Source of the DNA: Lama guanicoe
Lineage: Eukaryota
Assembly: GCA_013239625.1 (NCBI GenBank)
Contig: MU054085.1
Span: 1 to 64,000 of the forward strand
Length of the DNA stretch: 64,000 nt
Direction of reading: 5' to 3'
How positions within the stretch are numbered: position 1 is the first letter of the stretch; every line of letters begins with the position of its first letter. Positions 37,727-52,761 of this stretch are shown in pieces. The position numbers were made by a program, and so were the translations under genes. The notes under the pieces are model-generated. The model was not told the origin of the DNA, made no database searches, and saw nothing but the letters and a program-made list of their open reading frames with translations.

Positions 37727-38444
37727 GATCCATCTGGATAATCCAAGATAATCTCCCCATCTCAAGATCCTTAACTTCATCACATCTGCAAAGTCCCTTT
37801 GGTAATGTAAGATAACATTTCACAGGTTCTAGGGGCCAGATAACTGGGACATCTTTGGTGGCGGGCATTACTCCGCCTACCACACTGGATCCAAACCAGA
37901 GGACTGTTCTGAAATAGGTGGCTTGGGAATCCACCTTACTGATACACAGTGAAAAATATAATGGACGACTGAAGTGACTTTATCTTCTAATGTCACTGAG
38001 GTTTGTCTCATAAAACCCAGCTTTTCACTCATTGCAATTAATACAATTTGAGGTCATATATGTAATGGCTCTTTCTTGCCTGTCTCCCTTGTCTCCATCA
38101 CTGAACTTTCAGGGCAGATTATGTCCGTTGTGTTTATCACTGTGTTGCTCATGCCTGGCTTTGGCACGCAGTGTGGGTAGTCTCCCGCCAGCTGCTCTAC
38201 CTCTTCCATAGTGATTGAATTTCAGTTTTGTTCCCAGGGTACTGTGCCATTCCCAAGGGACAAATCATGGCCGTCTAAGCCAGTGAGATAATCCTATTCT
38301 CCTTTGCCAGTGATTGCTCTGCAGATGACCATGTGACTGAGTTCTCATCTTCTGAAAGATCTGCCCCCTTAGTGAAAACAATCCACATGAAGCAAAAGTC
38401 CCCTTGCCTCTGATCTTTTCCTTCCTCCTTGGGATATTGTCATA

Positions 38445-38760
38445 TGTCTTAGTCTGCTTAGGCTACCATAACAAATGTACCACAACTGGGCGACTTAGAC
38501 AGCAAATATTTCTTTCTCACATCTCTGAAGCCTGCAAGGTCCAAGGTCAAGGTGCTAGCCAATTCAATTCTTGGTGAGAACCCTTTTCCTGGTTTGCAGA
38601 TGGCTGCCTTCTTGCTGTGCCCTGACATGGTTGTGGGGATGGTGGGGAGAAGAAAGATCATCTCTCTCATGTCTCTTCTTATTAGGGCACTGATCCCATT
38701 CAGGAGGCCTCCACACGCAAGACCTAATTACTTCCCAACCTCCAAATCAATAGCATCATA
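38445..38760 (-). mobile_element. MLT1A-like MaLR LTR nested in an older MLT1 (~38200-39015)
   Basis: tgtcttagtctgcttaggctaccataacaaa..gtccaaggtcaaggtgc..cagatggctgccttcttgctgtg. Confidence 0.75.
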
Positions 38761-39844
38761 TAAGTTTGTGATACTTGGAGGTGTGGAAGCCATCTTGAAA
38801 CCATGAGGGGGGACAACTGACCTACCAAGGGCAGCAGAGGAGAGAGATGGGAAGATCCCGCATTCCTGCTGATGTGGTGGAACAATGGCACCAATCTTGG
38901 CGCTGTCTGTGTCCAGACTTCTGGTTCTGTGAGATAATAACACATCTTTTTCATTTAAGTCCCCTTCAGCCAGGGATTTTGTTACTTGAAGCCTAATGTG
39001 TTTGCACTGATATACTAGCACAGTGTCTGGGGCTCAGAGGGATATCTAATGAGTAACTTCTTCAGTTGACATACATGCCCTCACCACAACCCCAGAATTC
39101 CCCCCAAGGAGGATTTACATTTCACACAGCCGTAATAAGCCTCTGCATTCCAGAAAGAAGACCCTGAGGGCTGAAAGTAACTGAGAAAAGGGTCTGTTGT
39201 TTTGCCTTTCACCACAAGGAGGGAAATGACTCCATTATGGTGACTTGGGTCCTTCAAAGCAATTATCCTATTTAAATGCCAATTACTTCTTCCCAATTAA
39301 TTAACTTTCTCTGCTGAGTCCCACTGGAGTGTTCACCAGCTGGGAACTGTGTGCCATCTGCTGAGTTTCCGGCAGACTTAACCAACAGACAGGTGCTGCA
39401 TCCTAGAAAGAGAGTGAGGCAACTTGTCTGGGAAATTTCTGAACCCCAAACCTTTCCCCTATAACTACAGAATATAGGACTTTGGAGGACATCTATGCAA
39501 CACAGAAACAACCAAGGAGTTTCTGGGCCACCAAGGGGGCTTCAAAAGGGGCAGAATGCTTGACTGAGGCAGGAGTGGAAGGCTTAAAGTGCTGACCAGC
39601 AAGATTAATATCTATAATTATCTTTGTTAACATGGGTCCCAATGAAAGAGTCACCCCTTCAGGCCACTGCATGTGGTGCTTTTCCTCTGACACACTTAGG
39701 AAATTGTTTGCCTTGCCCTCTGTCCCAAAGTTAAGGTCAGGACCAGACTACACATGGTAGTCAAACTATTTTAAGGCTAATGTGTATGATGGTTTATCTA
39801 TATGGAAGAAGTTTTCCATGAAGATGATTATAAAATGAATAATA

Positions 39845-40080
39845 ACATTAGCTAAACTTACTAGATACTTATGGGCCAGGAAATCTAAGCATTTTACATG
39901 CATTAGCTCATTTAGTCCTCTACCAATTTCATGACATGGGTATTACTATTTCATCCTCATTATGTGTGAAGTTATTGAGGCACAGAGTGGTGAAGTACCA
40001 TATCTCATCACAGAGCTAGATTCAGAGGTGGTGCTTGAGCCACAACCTGGGGCTTTAGAGCCCACACCCCTAAGCACTGT
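39845..40080 (-). mobile_element. MIR SINE relic
   Basis: agcattttacatgcattagctcatttagtcctc..gaggcacagag. Confidence 0.65.
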
Positions 40081-40984
40081 TCTGTACTGGGGTGTGGGGA
40101 ATGTTATAGCCAGGGGCCAAAGGAGGGTTGTATACAGGGATAAGAAGGAAGACAAATTCACCAGACTAATCAGCCAGATCAGCTGGGCAAATCTGGGTGA
40201 CCAAGGGATGACAGCTGTGAGAAGATGGCCCCATTGCCTCTCATCCAGAGGGAGATTAAAAAGCATAAATGGATGCAGGGTTTTTGTATGAGGATGACAG
40301 AGAAAGGGTCTGGAATCAAGAATGGGACAGTGGGCTAATTTTCATCCACCTTGCAAGCTGCATCTATCTGAGAGGGTTGTAATATGGCAGAAGCTTCATG
40401 TCAACAGTAGGATCAGACTGGGAAGGGGGACTTGAATACCCACTGCTGCAGCCAAGACTGCATTTTCCTCCTGACCTACCTTTCAGGGATGACCTGAGTT
40501 TCTAGTTGTCTCCACTTCCAAGGAAGAGATGTTAGTGAAATTCTTCTTGGTTGTAGCAGTCTGGTTCCGATCAGGTAATATAAACCACACAGTAGACTAA
40601 GTAGAAGAAGTTTAATATAAGATAATGATATATAATATATGATAAAAGAGTCATATATAAATTATAAGGTACCTTAAGACTGAAGTAGAGTACACAAGAA
40701 AGTATTAACTTGGAAGGACTTCAGACCTCACTGAAGAAGATGTGATTTGGCCCAATGGATAGTATAAAAGTTTGCAGGTTTGCTCAGTCAGAAGCTGGTC
40801 TGGAGTTGCTGGGTGAGCAATAGTCTACCCTCCTGAATGCAAGTGTGGGAGAAGGTAATCGGCAAGCGGTGGGCAGGCCAAGCAGTGAGATTCTGGAAAC
40901 TGACAAGGGTAGAAGTCTTCAGAGCATATGGGGCTACATGGGTGTCTGAGGAAGGAGCAGCCGTTGTGTGTGGTTATAGATGCA

Positions 40985-41450
40985 GAAGTCCTAATTACAA
41001 TATCAACAAATTTAACTTATTCAGAAATTCAGAAGCAGCTTAGCTAGATGATTTTGGCTCGGAATCTCTCATGCTGTTGCTGTCAGGATGTTGGCAGGGG
41101 TTGTGGTCACCTGAAGGCTTGATTGGAGCTGGAGGATTAGCCTTCAAGATGGCTCACTCACATGGCTGTAGGCAAGAGGCCTCAGTCCCTCACTGGCTGT
41201 TGGTAGGAGGATTCAGCTCCTTGCCATATGAACTTCTCCATAGGCTGCTTGAGTGTCCTCACAACATGGCAGCTACCTTCCCCCAGAAGGAGCAACCCAA
41301 GAGATTGACAAAGATGGAAGCCACAATGTCTGTTTATTCTATTAGTTAGAAGTGAGTTACTAAATCAATTCCATATTCAAGGGGAGTAGAATTAGATCCT
41401 GTCTTATCAGGGTCATACCAAAGAGTTTGTGAAAATATTTTGAAATCACC
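40985..41450 (-). mobile_element. MLT1F-like MaLR LTR
   Basis: ctgaaggcttgattggagctggaggat..ttcaagatggctcactcacatggctg..gctgcttgagtgtcctcacaacatggcagct. Confidence 0.75.
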
Positions 41451-43009
41451 ATCGCAAAGATTTGTGAATTTTCCACTGGTCAAGACAACCTCATGGATAT
41501 CTGGTCTTGCATTATCTAGCAAGTACTGTACCCAAGATACTACTTAACAACAGGTGTTTCACTAGCAAGATGCCACAATACACCACTGGTGGGGAGACAT
41601 GAAGCAGGAGGGAAGAGATCAAGTGGAGCTGGACCTCCCTTATCAGAGTACCGAGTGGTGATTGTCCTTCAGGGCTCTCAGGAGAACCTGCACTCACCCC
41701 ATATTGGTGCCAGCATTTAAACATCTTCTACCCAGAAGTCTGCTATGTCCATAGATAGCCAGAGGAATGATGACAGCCAACAGAGGAATCCAACCATTGC
41801 CAAGATTTAGGGAATTTTTAAAATTTTAAATTTAAGGAATGGGAAGGGGCATGGTTGAAGGAAATAATGGGGGAAAAGTGGTGCCTTAAGAAAATGGTCA
41901 CAAAATATCGATAGATGTGTCTACATACATGTTTATGAATGACTTGCAAGCCAAATGACACATTAAGAAAGCATTTGCAACATGCGGGTTAGAAAACAGG
42001 TTAGTTTTCATAATATTTTAGTTTCTTCAGAAGCAAAAAGATAATTATCCCCAATAGAAAAGTGGGTGAAGGATATGTTATGGGAGGACTTAGAAAGGAA
42101 GCGCTTAGATGTGATTGGGATGACATAATCACTCAGAATGAGGAACAGAGATTTACAGGCAATTTCCCTCGGTCAAGATTCTTCCACTTCTCCTAGACAG
42201 TAATTTAGCAGCTCTTAGCTCCTTGCATTTCTTACGTATGGAGGAAATATGGCCTGTGAAACTTAGAATGTTTGTAAGAACAATTTTTCCCTATGAAGTA
42301 TTGGGCATTATGGAATTTGTTCCTCATTTGTGATATTTTATGATAAAAGGCTAAGAATGGGGAACTGGGCACTGTTCACGAATGAGGTACATGTCACAGT
42401 GGGTCAGCAAGACCCCCAGTGGGGAAGATTTGAGCCTGAGAGGGGATTCCTAGGGTCAACACTTCGATTGTGGGAGGGGACATAAAAACCGTATTATTGG
42501 CATCCACCCTTTATGCTCTTCTGACAGTGTCCTTTCATTTGTCATGCAGTTGTTGAGTGACGGAAACCAACAGACTTGGATGGGCTGTGCTCTGTGAACA
42601 AAGGCACAAGCATGTACATTTAAATCTAGGTAAACAAAGGTCTGAGTCCCCGTACTGCTGGATGGGAAGGCAGTTGAACCTGCTCAATATTGGGAGTTCT
42701 TCCTTTATTCTCTCTTTGCCCTGGAATGATACAAAGGTCCCAGGGGCTTTGCAAAAAATATTTAAGGAGGACGCCGGGTCTTTGGCTACTACTGAGTGCT
42801 GCCTTCCTCCATCCTTCCCTCCATCCCTCCTTCCTTCTTTCTCTCTTCTCCTTATGAGGGAGATAAACGGGTAAGAAAAGGTAAAAATAATAAGAAACAA
42901 TAAAACACATCACAATTGTTTCGAAGATTTTTCTCATAGTCTACATTTCCTAGAAGGCAGAGCCCAAGGGGAAAGCTTACGGCTTAGTACTTTGTTCCAG
43001 AGTGCAAAC

Positions 43010-43974
43010 CAGTGGTGTCCTGGAGCTGGCTTGTACTGACTCACAAGAGTTAATTGTTTACTTTTCAGGGATTTTGGTAAAACACTGACATCATTATAAC
43101 TTAAATTAAAGAAATTATATGAAAAACACAAGTAATAAATTCCCCAAACATTCCTGTTAGCCAGCCAGGGTTAGGTGACTCTATAATCAATAGAAGTGGA
43201 TGAGACCAAGTGAGAAATTCAGGTAAGGCTATATTTGGACTCAGGCTGCAGCACGAGGGAGGGGAAAAAAGTAATAGTTTCCCTTGCTTGCTCCCTGGGT
43301 AGGGGGCAAGCTGCTCCCTGAAATGGGGTGGGGGTAGGGGCAGATCCATGGGTTGGGCCAGAGGGGGGGCTTAGGTGGTCAGCCCACCCCATGGGTGGTG
43401 CTGTGTGCTGGGGTCATGTGCAGTACCCTGCTTTTGCTCTGGACACCTCAGAAGTGGCAGTTGGATTTTTGGTCTTTTTGTATCTTGTTAATAATTTGCC
43501 ACAACAGCACATGGATGCAGTTATGTTTAGCCCCTTGTAGTTTCTTTGTATTCTGTTGCCCAGAGGAGACTTTAGTCAAGGTGAAAGCACTGCAGCAAAG
43601 GGTCCCAAGTCCCAGATCCCAACCTGTCTCATTACTTCTTGATTATTTGATTATATTTACCTATTATCTAAGCTATCTATGTTATCTATGTTTCAAATTT
43701 GATAGAAGAATATCCAGTAATGATATGTTACTCCATACCTCCTTCCAACTCTACTTCCAATAACATTATGTTACCAGCTTGAAAACAGCTGTGGTGAGAG
43801 TATTTACACCACAGAAATAGGCAAATGATACAAATCAGAGCTTGACTTGTCTCATTGATATGTCTTTGTAATTTCACTGTCTTCTTCTTCATTATAAATG
43901 AAAATATCAGCCAGTGTTTATGTTGGGACCATCCTAGGGGAGCCAGCTGTTTCACATCCACCAGCACATCACTG
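43010..43974. mobile_element. MER63-like hAT element split by an LTR
   Basis: Terminal inverted repeats cagtggtgtcctgg 43010-43023 / ccagcacatcactg 43961-43974; near 8-bp TSD gtgcaaac / g-gcaaac. Confidence 0.75.
43155..43631 (-). mobile_element. ERV solo LTR nested in the hAT element
   Basis: TGTTAG...GTCTCA ends; near-TSD ttcc/ttac. Confidence 0.7.
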
Positions 43975-44049
43975 GGCAAACCCAGGGGATCAGGAGTGAG
44001 AGAAAAAGGCAAATGAGGCAGGAAAGTAGGCAGCTCAAATACTCGGAGG

Positions 44050-44990
44050 TGTGGTTATATACCCCAAAGAACTGAAACTGGGCCTTGAACAGCTATTTGC
44101 ACATTCAAATTTACTGCAACATTATTCACAGTATTCAAGAGGTGGAAGCAACTGAAGTCCATTCACAGGTGAATGAATAAAGAAACTATGATATATACAT
44201 GCAATGGAATATTATTCAGCCTTAAAAAGAAGGAAATCCTGTCTTATGTTACAACATGCATGAACCTTAAGGACATTATGCTAAGTGAAATAAGCCTGCC
44301 ACTGTGAAAATAAAATAAAAATTGATTCAGTATTGCTAAGAGAGCTCTCTGGAATGAACTTAGGGGACCACTGTGGAAGTGTGACTTATGCACATCTCAG
44401 CCTGGATGGAATCTCATCTTTTGACCACTTATTTTCTTAATGTAGGCACCCAGAACACCTGCCAGAAACTCAAGATACCTGTCAGACACTTACCCTAAAA
44501 TAACTCATGATTTCTTAAGGACAAATATTTCCTGACTTGCCTCGGAGTTGATCACAGTCCTCTTCAGATAACTATTAACAACCTTGTGGCTTTTGTCCTT
44601 ATAAGCCCCTGACTCTTTTTTCCCTGGAACACTCAGTTTTACCCAAATCTGTGTCTCCCAAATTGCTATGCTTAAGAACACAAAATAAAACTCTTTGTTC
44701 TGTGCAGTCTCGATACTGATTATTGTTCAACATCACAAAAAGACAGATATTGCATGATGCCACCTATATGGGGCACCTAAAGTAGTCACTCTTAGAAAAA
44801 GTAAATAGAGGTGGCCAGGGGCTGAGGAGAGGGAGAAAAGGGTACATGGTGTCAGTTTTGCAAGATGAAAAAACTCTAGAGCTCTGTTGCACAACAGTGT
44901 GCATATAGTTAACACTGGTCTACTGTACACTTAAATATAGCGGACGTGATCAATTTTATGTTACATATTTTTTAACCACAATTTTAAAAA
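44050..44990 (+). mobile_element. Old L1 (L1MB-like) 3' end split by an LTR
   Basis: accccaaagaactgaaa..ggacattatgctaagtgaaataagc | cacaaaaagacagatattgcatga..taaccacaatttt. Confidence 0.8.
44303..44731 (+). mobile_element. MER34-like ERV1 solo LTR nested in L1
   Basis: TGTGAAAA...TTCAACA ends, ttataagcc, AATAAA at ~44684, TSD ccac/tcac. Confidence 0.75.
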
Positions 44991-45944
44991 CAGAGAAGAA
45001 AGGTTACTCATCTGATCTCAGAGTCTAACAAGCAGGGCTAATTGCTTGATTTCATACGACATCTTCAGAATTTCCAAATAGCCTATCTGGGAGAAAAAGA
45101 CAAAAGGAGACCCCTCCCAGCTCTAACCCCCACAACTCTGCCTCCCACTGGTCAGCCACCCCATGGGTGTAACTCCACTGTACCTTTAGCTTCTGTCACT
45201 TGGCCTCTCTGAGGAGCTGGCTGGTTTGCAGCCAGCATCAGTGACCTGACTCCACAATTACAAGTTATCTCCAGGGCCAGAAAGCAAGGCATGTGGGCAG
45301 ATCTGAATGGCACAGAAACTGATCCAGTACAATATTCCTGTGCCCTCTAAATTGAAGCTGAAATCAAGAAGGAGTTATATAGGGACACACTTGTTTATCA
45401 CCAGAAATGAGGAGGAAAAAATAGAACTGCAAATTGCTGTGTGAGAGCTTTAGTTGAGAAAGCCATTCATCAAAAATGCAGACAGGTGATGAAGACCTAG
45501 GTAAAATGAAATATTTTCTGCAGAGGAAAAGTATCTTGATGGTACCTACTCATAGTTCCATACAGCAAAATACTTAAAGACCAGCACTATTGGTGACTAT
45601 TCTACTGTGGCTGTAGTAAGTAGCTTATAAAACTCAAATAATGTGCAAATTAACTATATTTCAATTAAAATCCCCCCCAACTAATGAATGGCATTAAAAC
45701 GGCATGGTATTAGTGGGAGCAAATTTTTTTTTCATTTTTCAGTTTTATTAAGTAGAATTTTTACAGTTTGACTGCACATATACAACATATCACATGTAAA
45801 CACATATAAACAACATACTGCACACATTTTTAAAATTTATAAATATGTAATGTTCACTGTCTTTAAGAATGTTTAGAGCTTTAGCTTTTCAAACCCAAAC
45901 AATTATCAAAGGAATAAAGCCAAGCACAAAATAAGAATTAATTC

Positions 45945-46468
45945 AAAAATATTCATACACCCTGCTATTAACAGCAACATTATAATTGCCAAGATATGAA
46001 ATCATCCTAAGTGCACATCAATAGATGAATGGATAAAGAAGATGTGGCATATATACATAATGGGATACAACTTCCCCATAAGAAAGAAGGCTATTTTGCC
46101 ATTTGTAGCCCTTCATTCACTTTTTTTTTCCACTACAAAAACTGGAATTTTATAACTGGCATAAACATTTTCATTGCATCAAAAAGAACAAAATACCTAG
46201 AAATAAGCTTAACCAAGGAGGTTACCTATACTCTGAAAACTGTAAAACATTGATAAAGGAAAATGATGATGATACAATGAAATGGAAAGATATCTTGTGC
46301 TCTTGGATTGGAAGAATCAACATTATCAAAATGGCTGTACAACCCAAAGCAATCTACAGATCCAGTGCAACCCCTGTCAAACTACACACAGCATTTTTCA
46401 GAGATCTAGGACAAACAATCCAAAATTTATATGGTACCACAAAAGACCCCTAACTGCCAAAGCAATCT
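45945..46468 (+). mobile_element. Two L1 ORF2 fragments in non-colinear order
   Basis: 45945-46088 is ORF2 end (gatgaatggataaagaagatgtgg); 46165-46468 is ORF2 middle (KWKDILCSWIGRINIIKMA..PKAIYR). Confidence 0.8.
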
Positions 46469-46476
46469 TTTGTAGG

Positions 46477-46552
<76 letters not shown>

Positions 46553-48613
46553 TCCTTCCTTCCTTCCTTCCTTCCTTCCTTCCTTCCTTCCTTCCTTCTT
46601 CTTTTTGTTCTCTTTTCTTATAGTTTGACGACTAGAGAAGTTCCTTTAACATTTGTTGTAAAGCTGGTTTGGTGGTGCTGAATTCTTTTAGCTTTTGTTT
46701 ATCTGTGAAGCTTTTGATTTCTCCACCAAATCTGAATGAGAGCCTTGCTGGATAGAGTATTCTTGGTTGCAGGTTTTTCCCTTTCATCACTTTAAATATG
46801 TTGTGCCACTCCCTTCTGGCCCGTAGAGTTTCTGCTGAAAAATCAGCTGATAACCCTATGGGAGCTCCCTGTATGTTATTTGTTGCTTTTCTCTTGCTAA
46901 TTTTTAACATTTTCTCCTTATCCTTCATTTTTGTCAATTTGATTACTGTGTGCCTTGGTGTGTTCCTCTTTAGGTTGATTCTGTGTGGGACTCTCTGAGC
47001 TTCCTGGACTTGGGTGTCTGTTTCCTTTTCCAAGTTGGGGAAGTTTCCAGTTGTTATCTCTTAAACATTTTCTTAGGTCCTTTCTTTCTCTCTTCTCTTT
47101 CTGGGACCCCTATAATGTGAATATTAGGGTGCTTTATGTTGTTCTAGAGTTCTCTTAATCTTTCCTCGATTCTTTTTTTTTTCTTTTTTCTGTTTTGCAG
47201 TAGTGATTTCCACTAATCTGTCTTCTAGCCCGCTGATTCATTCTTCTGCCTCATTTAGTCTATTCTTGATTCCTTCTAGTGTGTTATTTATTTCAGTGAT
47301 TTTATTCTTCAACTTTGTTTGGGTATTTTTTATATTTTCCAATTCTTTGCTAAAAACTTCACTCTGTGCATCTACACTCCTCTTGAGTTCTCTGAACATC
47401 TTTGCCATCATTACTTTAAACACTTTCTCAGATAAATTGCCTATCTTCTCATCATTTACTTCTTCTTCTGGGATTTTATCTTATGCCTTTGCCTGGGAGA
47501 TGTTCCTCTGCTGCTTCATATTGTTTATCTTTCTATTTGTATTTTTAGGTAGGTTAGTTATGTTTCTGAACCTCGGAGAGGTGGTTCTCTGTGGGAGACG
47601 TCCTATGCGTCCCAGCAGCACACTCCCCTCTTGTCACCCAAGGGCCAGGGTCCAGTCAGTCCTAATGAAGTGTCTGGTCTGTGTTTGTGCATTCCTTCCA
47701 CAGGCTTTGGGATTGTTGTTTTCTTACTTTTTATATCTGCTTCCTGGTGGATGAGGCTGGACTAGAGGCTTATGCAGGTTTCCTGGCGGGAGGAGCTGGT
47801 GCCTGCCCACTGCTCGGTGAAGCTTGGTCCTGGACCTGTGGTGGGTAGGGCCATGTCTAGAGGCCTTTGTGGCTCAGCAGATCTGCTGATGGGTGGGACT
47901 GTGTTCCCACCCTGTATGTTGTTTAGTCTGAGGCTTCCCTACAGGCTGTTGGGTAGGGCTAGGCCTTGGTGCTAATGATCCAATCAAGATGTCAGCCTCC
48001 AAGAAAGTTCATGTAGATGAACACTCCCAGTATATCTGCCACCAGCTTTTATGTCCCCTGAGTGAGCCACAGCCATCCCCTACGTCCCCAGGAGACCATC
48101 CAAATCCAGCAGGCAGGCCTGGCCCAGGTTCCTATGAGGTCACTGCCTCTGCTTTTGGACCTGGTGCACTTGAGATTCTATGTATTCTTCCCAAGAGAAT
48201 GAAGCCTCTATCTCCCCTAGTCCTGTGGGGTTCCTGGATGTTAAGCCCTGCTGGCCTTCAAAACCAGATGTCCTGGGATCTTCTCCTCTTCCCAGTGCCA
48301 GAACCCCAGGCTGGGGAGCCTGACATGGGGCTTAGAGCTCTCACTCCTGTGGGAGGGCCTCTGCGACTTGACAAATCTTCAGCTTGTGCACCACCCACCC
48401 TGGGGAGTATGGGACCCAATTATATCATGAGCACACCCCTCTTACCATCCTGCTGTGGAAACCTTGTTTCCAGTTGAAGGTGATCTTCTTTGCTAGGTTC
48501 CAGTCTTTCTTCTTTTTTGATGGTTGCCTAGCAGTGAATTGTGTTTTTTCTTGTAGTAGCAAAGAAAGGTGAGCTCATGGTCCTACCACTTCACCATCTT
48601 GACCAGAAATCTC
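46469..48613 (-). mobile_element. L1 5' portion: 5'UTR, ORF1 and inter-ORF spacer
   Basis: Minus ORF 46632-47033 QVQEAQRVP..TPRH.VIKL..LSADFSAETL.ARREW..LQPRILYPARLSF..EFSTTKPALQQMLKELL (ORF1p RRM/CTD); coiled-coil part at 47238-47423; 5' start gagatttctggtcaagatgg. Confidence 0.92.
46478..46600 (+). repeat. Compound (TTTC)n(TTCC)n microsatellite
   Basis: Directly visible tetranucleotide runs. Confidence 0.97.
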
Positions 48614-49419
48614 TGGTAGGAACACATTTTAATTTTCAAAATATAACTTTGGAGAGTAAATTCATCTTTGTAAATGAGGCACTGGAACCTAGATTTTATT
48701 ATTCTCCATTCTTGGGAAATTGGCAATGAAAAACAGGGTCAAATCCCTTTTATTTATATTGCATTTGTATTGTGCTTTGGAGAACAAATTGCCTCACTAA
48801 TTAAGCTGAACAAATTCTTGTGAGAACTACTTGCTTTTATTAGCAAACACTTAGTGATCAAAAGGCTTTCCCTACATTTAATCAGTTGTTACAACTACTC
48901 CCTGGGTGTAGCAGTTTTTATTTCCCTTTCTGTTCAGAAGAAATTGACCTCAGATCATCTAGACTGAACTAGAGCTAGGAGACATGATGCTTTCCCTTAA
49001 TGACAGTTTAGGGCCTGAAACAGCAGGAGTCTCTAGAGAGTAAAGCAACTGTTAAGACAGTAAAATTGTCATGAAGGTGCAATTTGTCTCCTTTGCCTTT
49101 TTTACTCCTCTGTTCACCTCGACACCCTGAAGTTTGAATCCCTTTAGCAACAACCGCAGAGAGATTTCTGATGTGTCTTAACTTTGGAGAGAGACTTTCT
49201 GCATCCCTGGCTCCGTGCAGCTTTTCCACTCCTGGACAACATCCGTGGGCTCAACCTTTGCTCTTTCTTGGTTGCATTTCCAGAGGATGCTTCTCTGATG
49301 ATGAGATGAAAGTAGGTCATAGTCACATTTAGACCAGAAACAAATCCCTTTTAAAGTTTTATGTCTCCCAGAAAGCAAATTAGCCCATCAGTAACTGCAG
49401 GCACTGGTATCAAGCCTGG

Positions 49420-49910
49420 GTGAGACATTTATGGCTGGTCATTGGAAGGAAATCCAATGCCCATACACGGCTGTCAGGACACTTCCCATCCCCTCACTCT
49501 CCACCCCTATCATATCTCCTCACATTTATCGCTTAATGCTGGTCAATCTGATTCCCCACTGTGGACTTCGCATGTGCAAACTGCTGACCAGTAGTGGCCC
49601 CTACATTTAGCAGTCTTCTACCAGCTGATGGGAGTTGTTGGATATATAACTACCCCAGCTTCCTCACCCCTGGGGTGGGCAATTCTGAGGCACATGCTCT
49701 ACACTGGCCTCAGGGTTCCATAGCAGAATCAAGCTCTAGGGGTCCATAGTGGGAACTTGCTTGACAATGTTCTTTTTATTGTCTTCCTTCCTTCCTCCCC
49801 TCACTTCCACACTCCCCTACTGCTGTTTCCTGGGATTGCTTTCCAAATGAACCACTTACTTGAGAATTCTTGCTGCAGGGTTGGCTTCTGGAGGGACCCA
49901 AATGAAGATA
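49420..49910 (+). mobile_element. LTR16-like ERVL solo LTR
   Basis: accccagcttcctcacccctggggtggg..aattctgaggc..ggcttctggagggacccaaatgaaga. Confidence 0.6.
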
Positions 49911-50109
49911 GCCTCTCAAATCATAAAACAAATTTGGGTTGAATATAAGGCCTATTTTTATTTCCAGAAGATTCCCTGAAGATGATGTGTTTTCATTTCA
50001 GTGGAGCTCTCCTATGCCAGTTACGTGACTTGGATTTGCCCACAGCTGAAAGGAAACTGGGTGTTTGGGTCCTTCATAGCTCATTATTTTTCAAACTTGT
50101 TTCCAAAAG

Positions 50110-52109
<2,000 letters not shown>

Positions 52110-52629
52110 ATTCTTATCTACATTAGCTTTTCTGATATGAGGTTTAATTAATGTATTGCAGTCTATGAGAGAAGCAACGAGCCTGAAATTTAACCAGTCT
52201 CCTCCACTTTCTTTTCTTTAATAAGAGGGGTATTTTAGCATTTGGCTAAAACCCATACATTTTTATGTGTAGTTGAAAATATGAAAATAATGAACGAAGG
52301 ATCTAAACCCCCAAATTAGGAAGGATGATGGCAAAGTACATTCAAGGAAAACATAGTAAACATAAAAGCAGGAATCAAATTAAAGCACACAGAAAGTATA
52401 GAACTGGTCAATTAAAGAGAAGATTCTTTTAAAAGATCAGTTATATAAACCCCTGGCAAGTCCATTCAAGAAAGATAAACATAAACTGACAGATTTAACT
52501 ATGATGACACATCATAACTCAAAGATGCTTTTTTATCACAACTGTTTTTCAATATTGTTCAGAAATTGTTGTCCAGAGTTATCTTAACTTCAACCTGTGA
52601 ACACAGGTTTTACAAGCAGTGGTTTGTAT

Positions 52630-52761
52630 TGTTTGTTTTTTCTGAGGGGAAGGTGACTAGTTTCCTTCATTGATCTCAGCTTGAAGGAGGTACTGGGGAC
52701 TGAACCTGGGACCTCTTGGATGCTGAACATGCACTCTACCACTTGAGCTACACCCTTCCCC
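52630..52761 (-). mobile_element. vic-1 type SINE
   Basis: ggaggtactggggactgaacctgggacctc..catgcactctaccacttgagctacaccc; flanks caagcagtggt / caagcagtagt. Confidence 0.85.

Larger units (their letters stand above)
36712..37885 (-). mobile_element. MLT1C/D-like MaLR LTR carrying two nested insertions
   Basis: ttagtttcctattgctgctataacaaatt..ggataatccaagataatctccccatctcaagatccttaac..cacatctgcaaagtccc. Confidence 0.8.

Noticed and set aside
47203..48477. Plus-strand ORFs of 183 aa and 162 aa
   Set aside because: Antisense frames of L1 ORF1 and 5'UTR; no independent protein signature.
46478..48613. HAL1-like ORF1-only element with an A-rich tail
   Set aside because: The sequence beyond the microsatellite (sense gacctacaaaa) resembles the normal L1 inter-ORF spacer as I recall it, and no convincing TSD brackets the segment.
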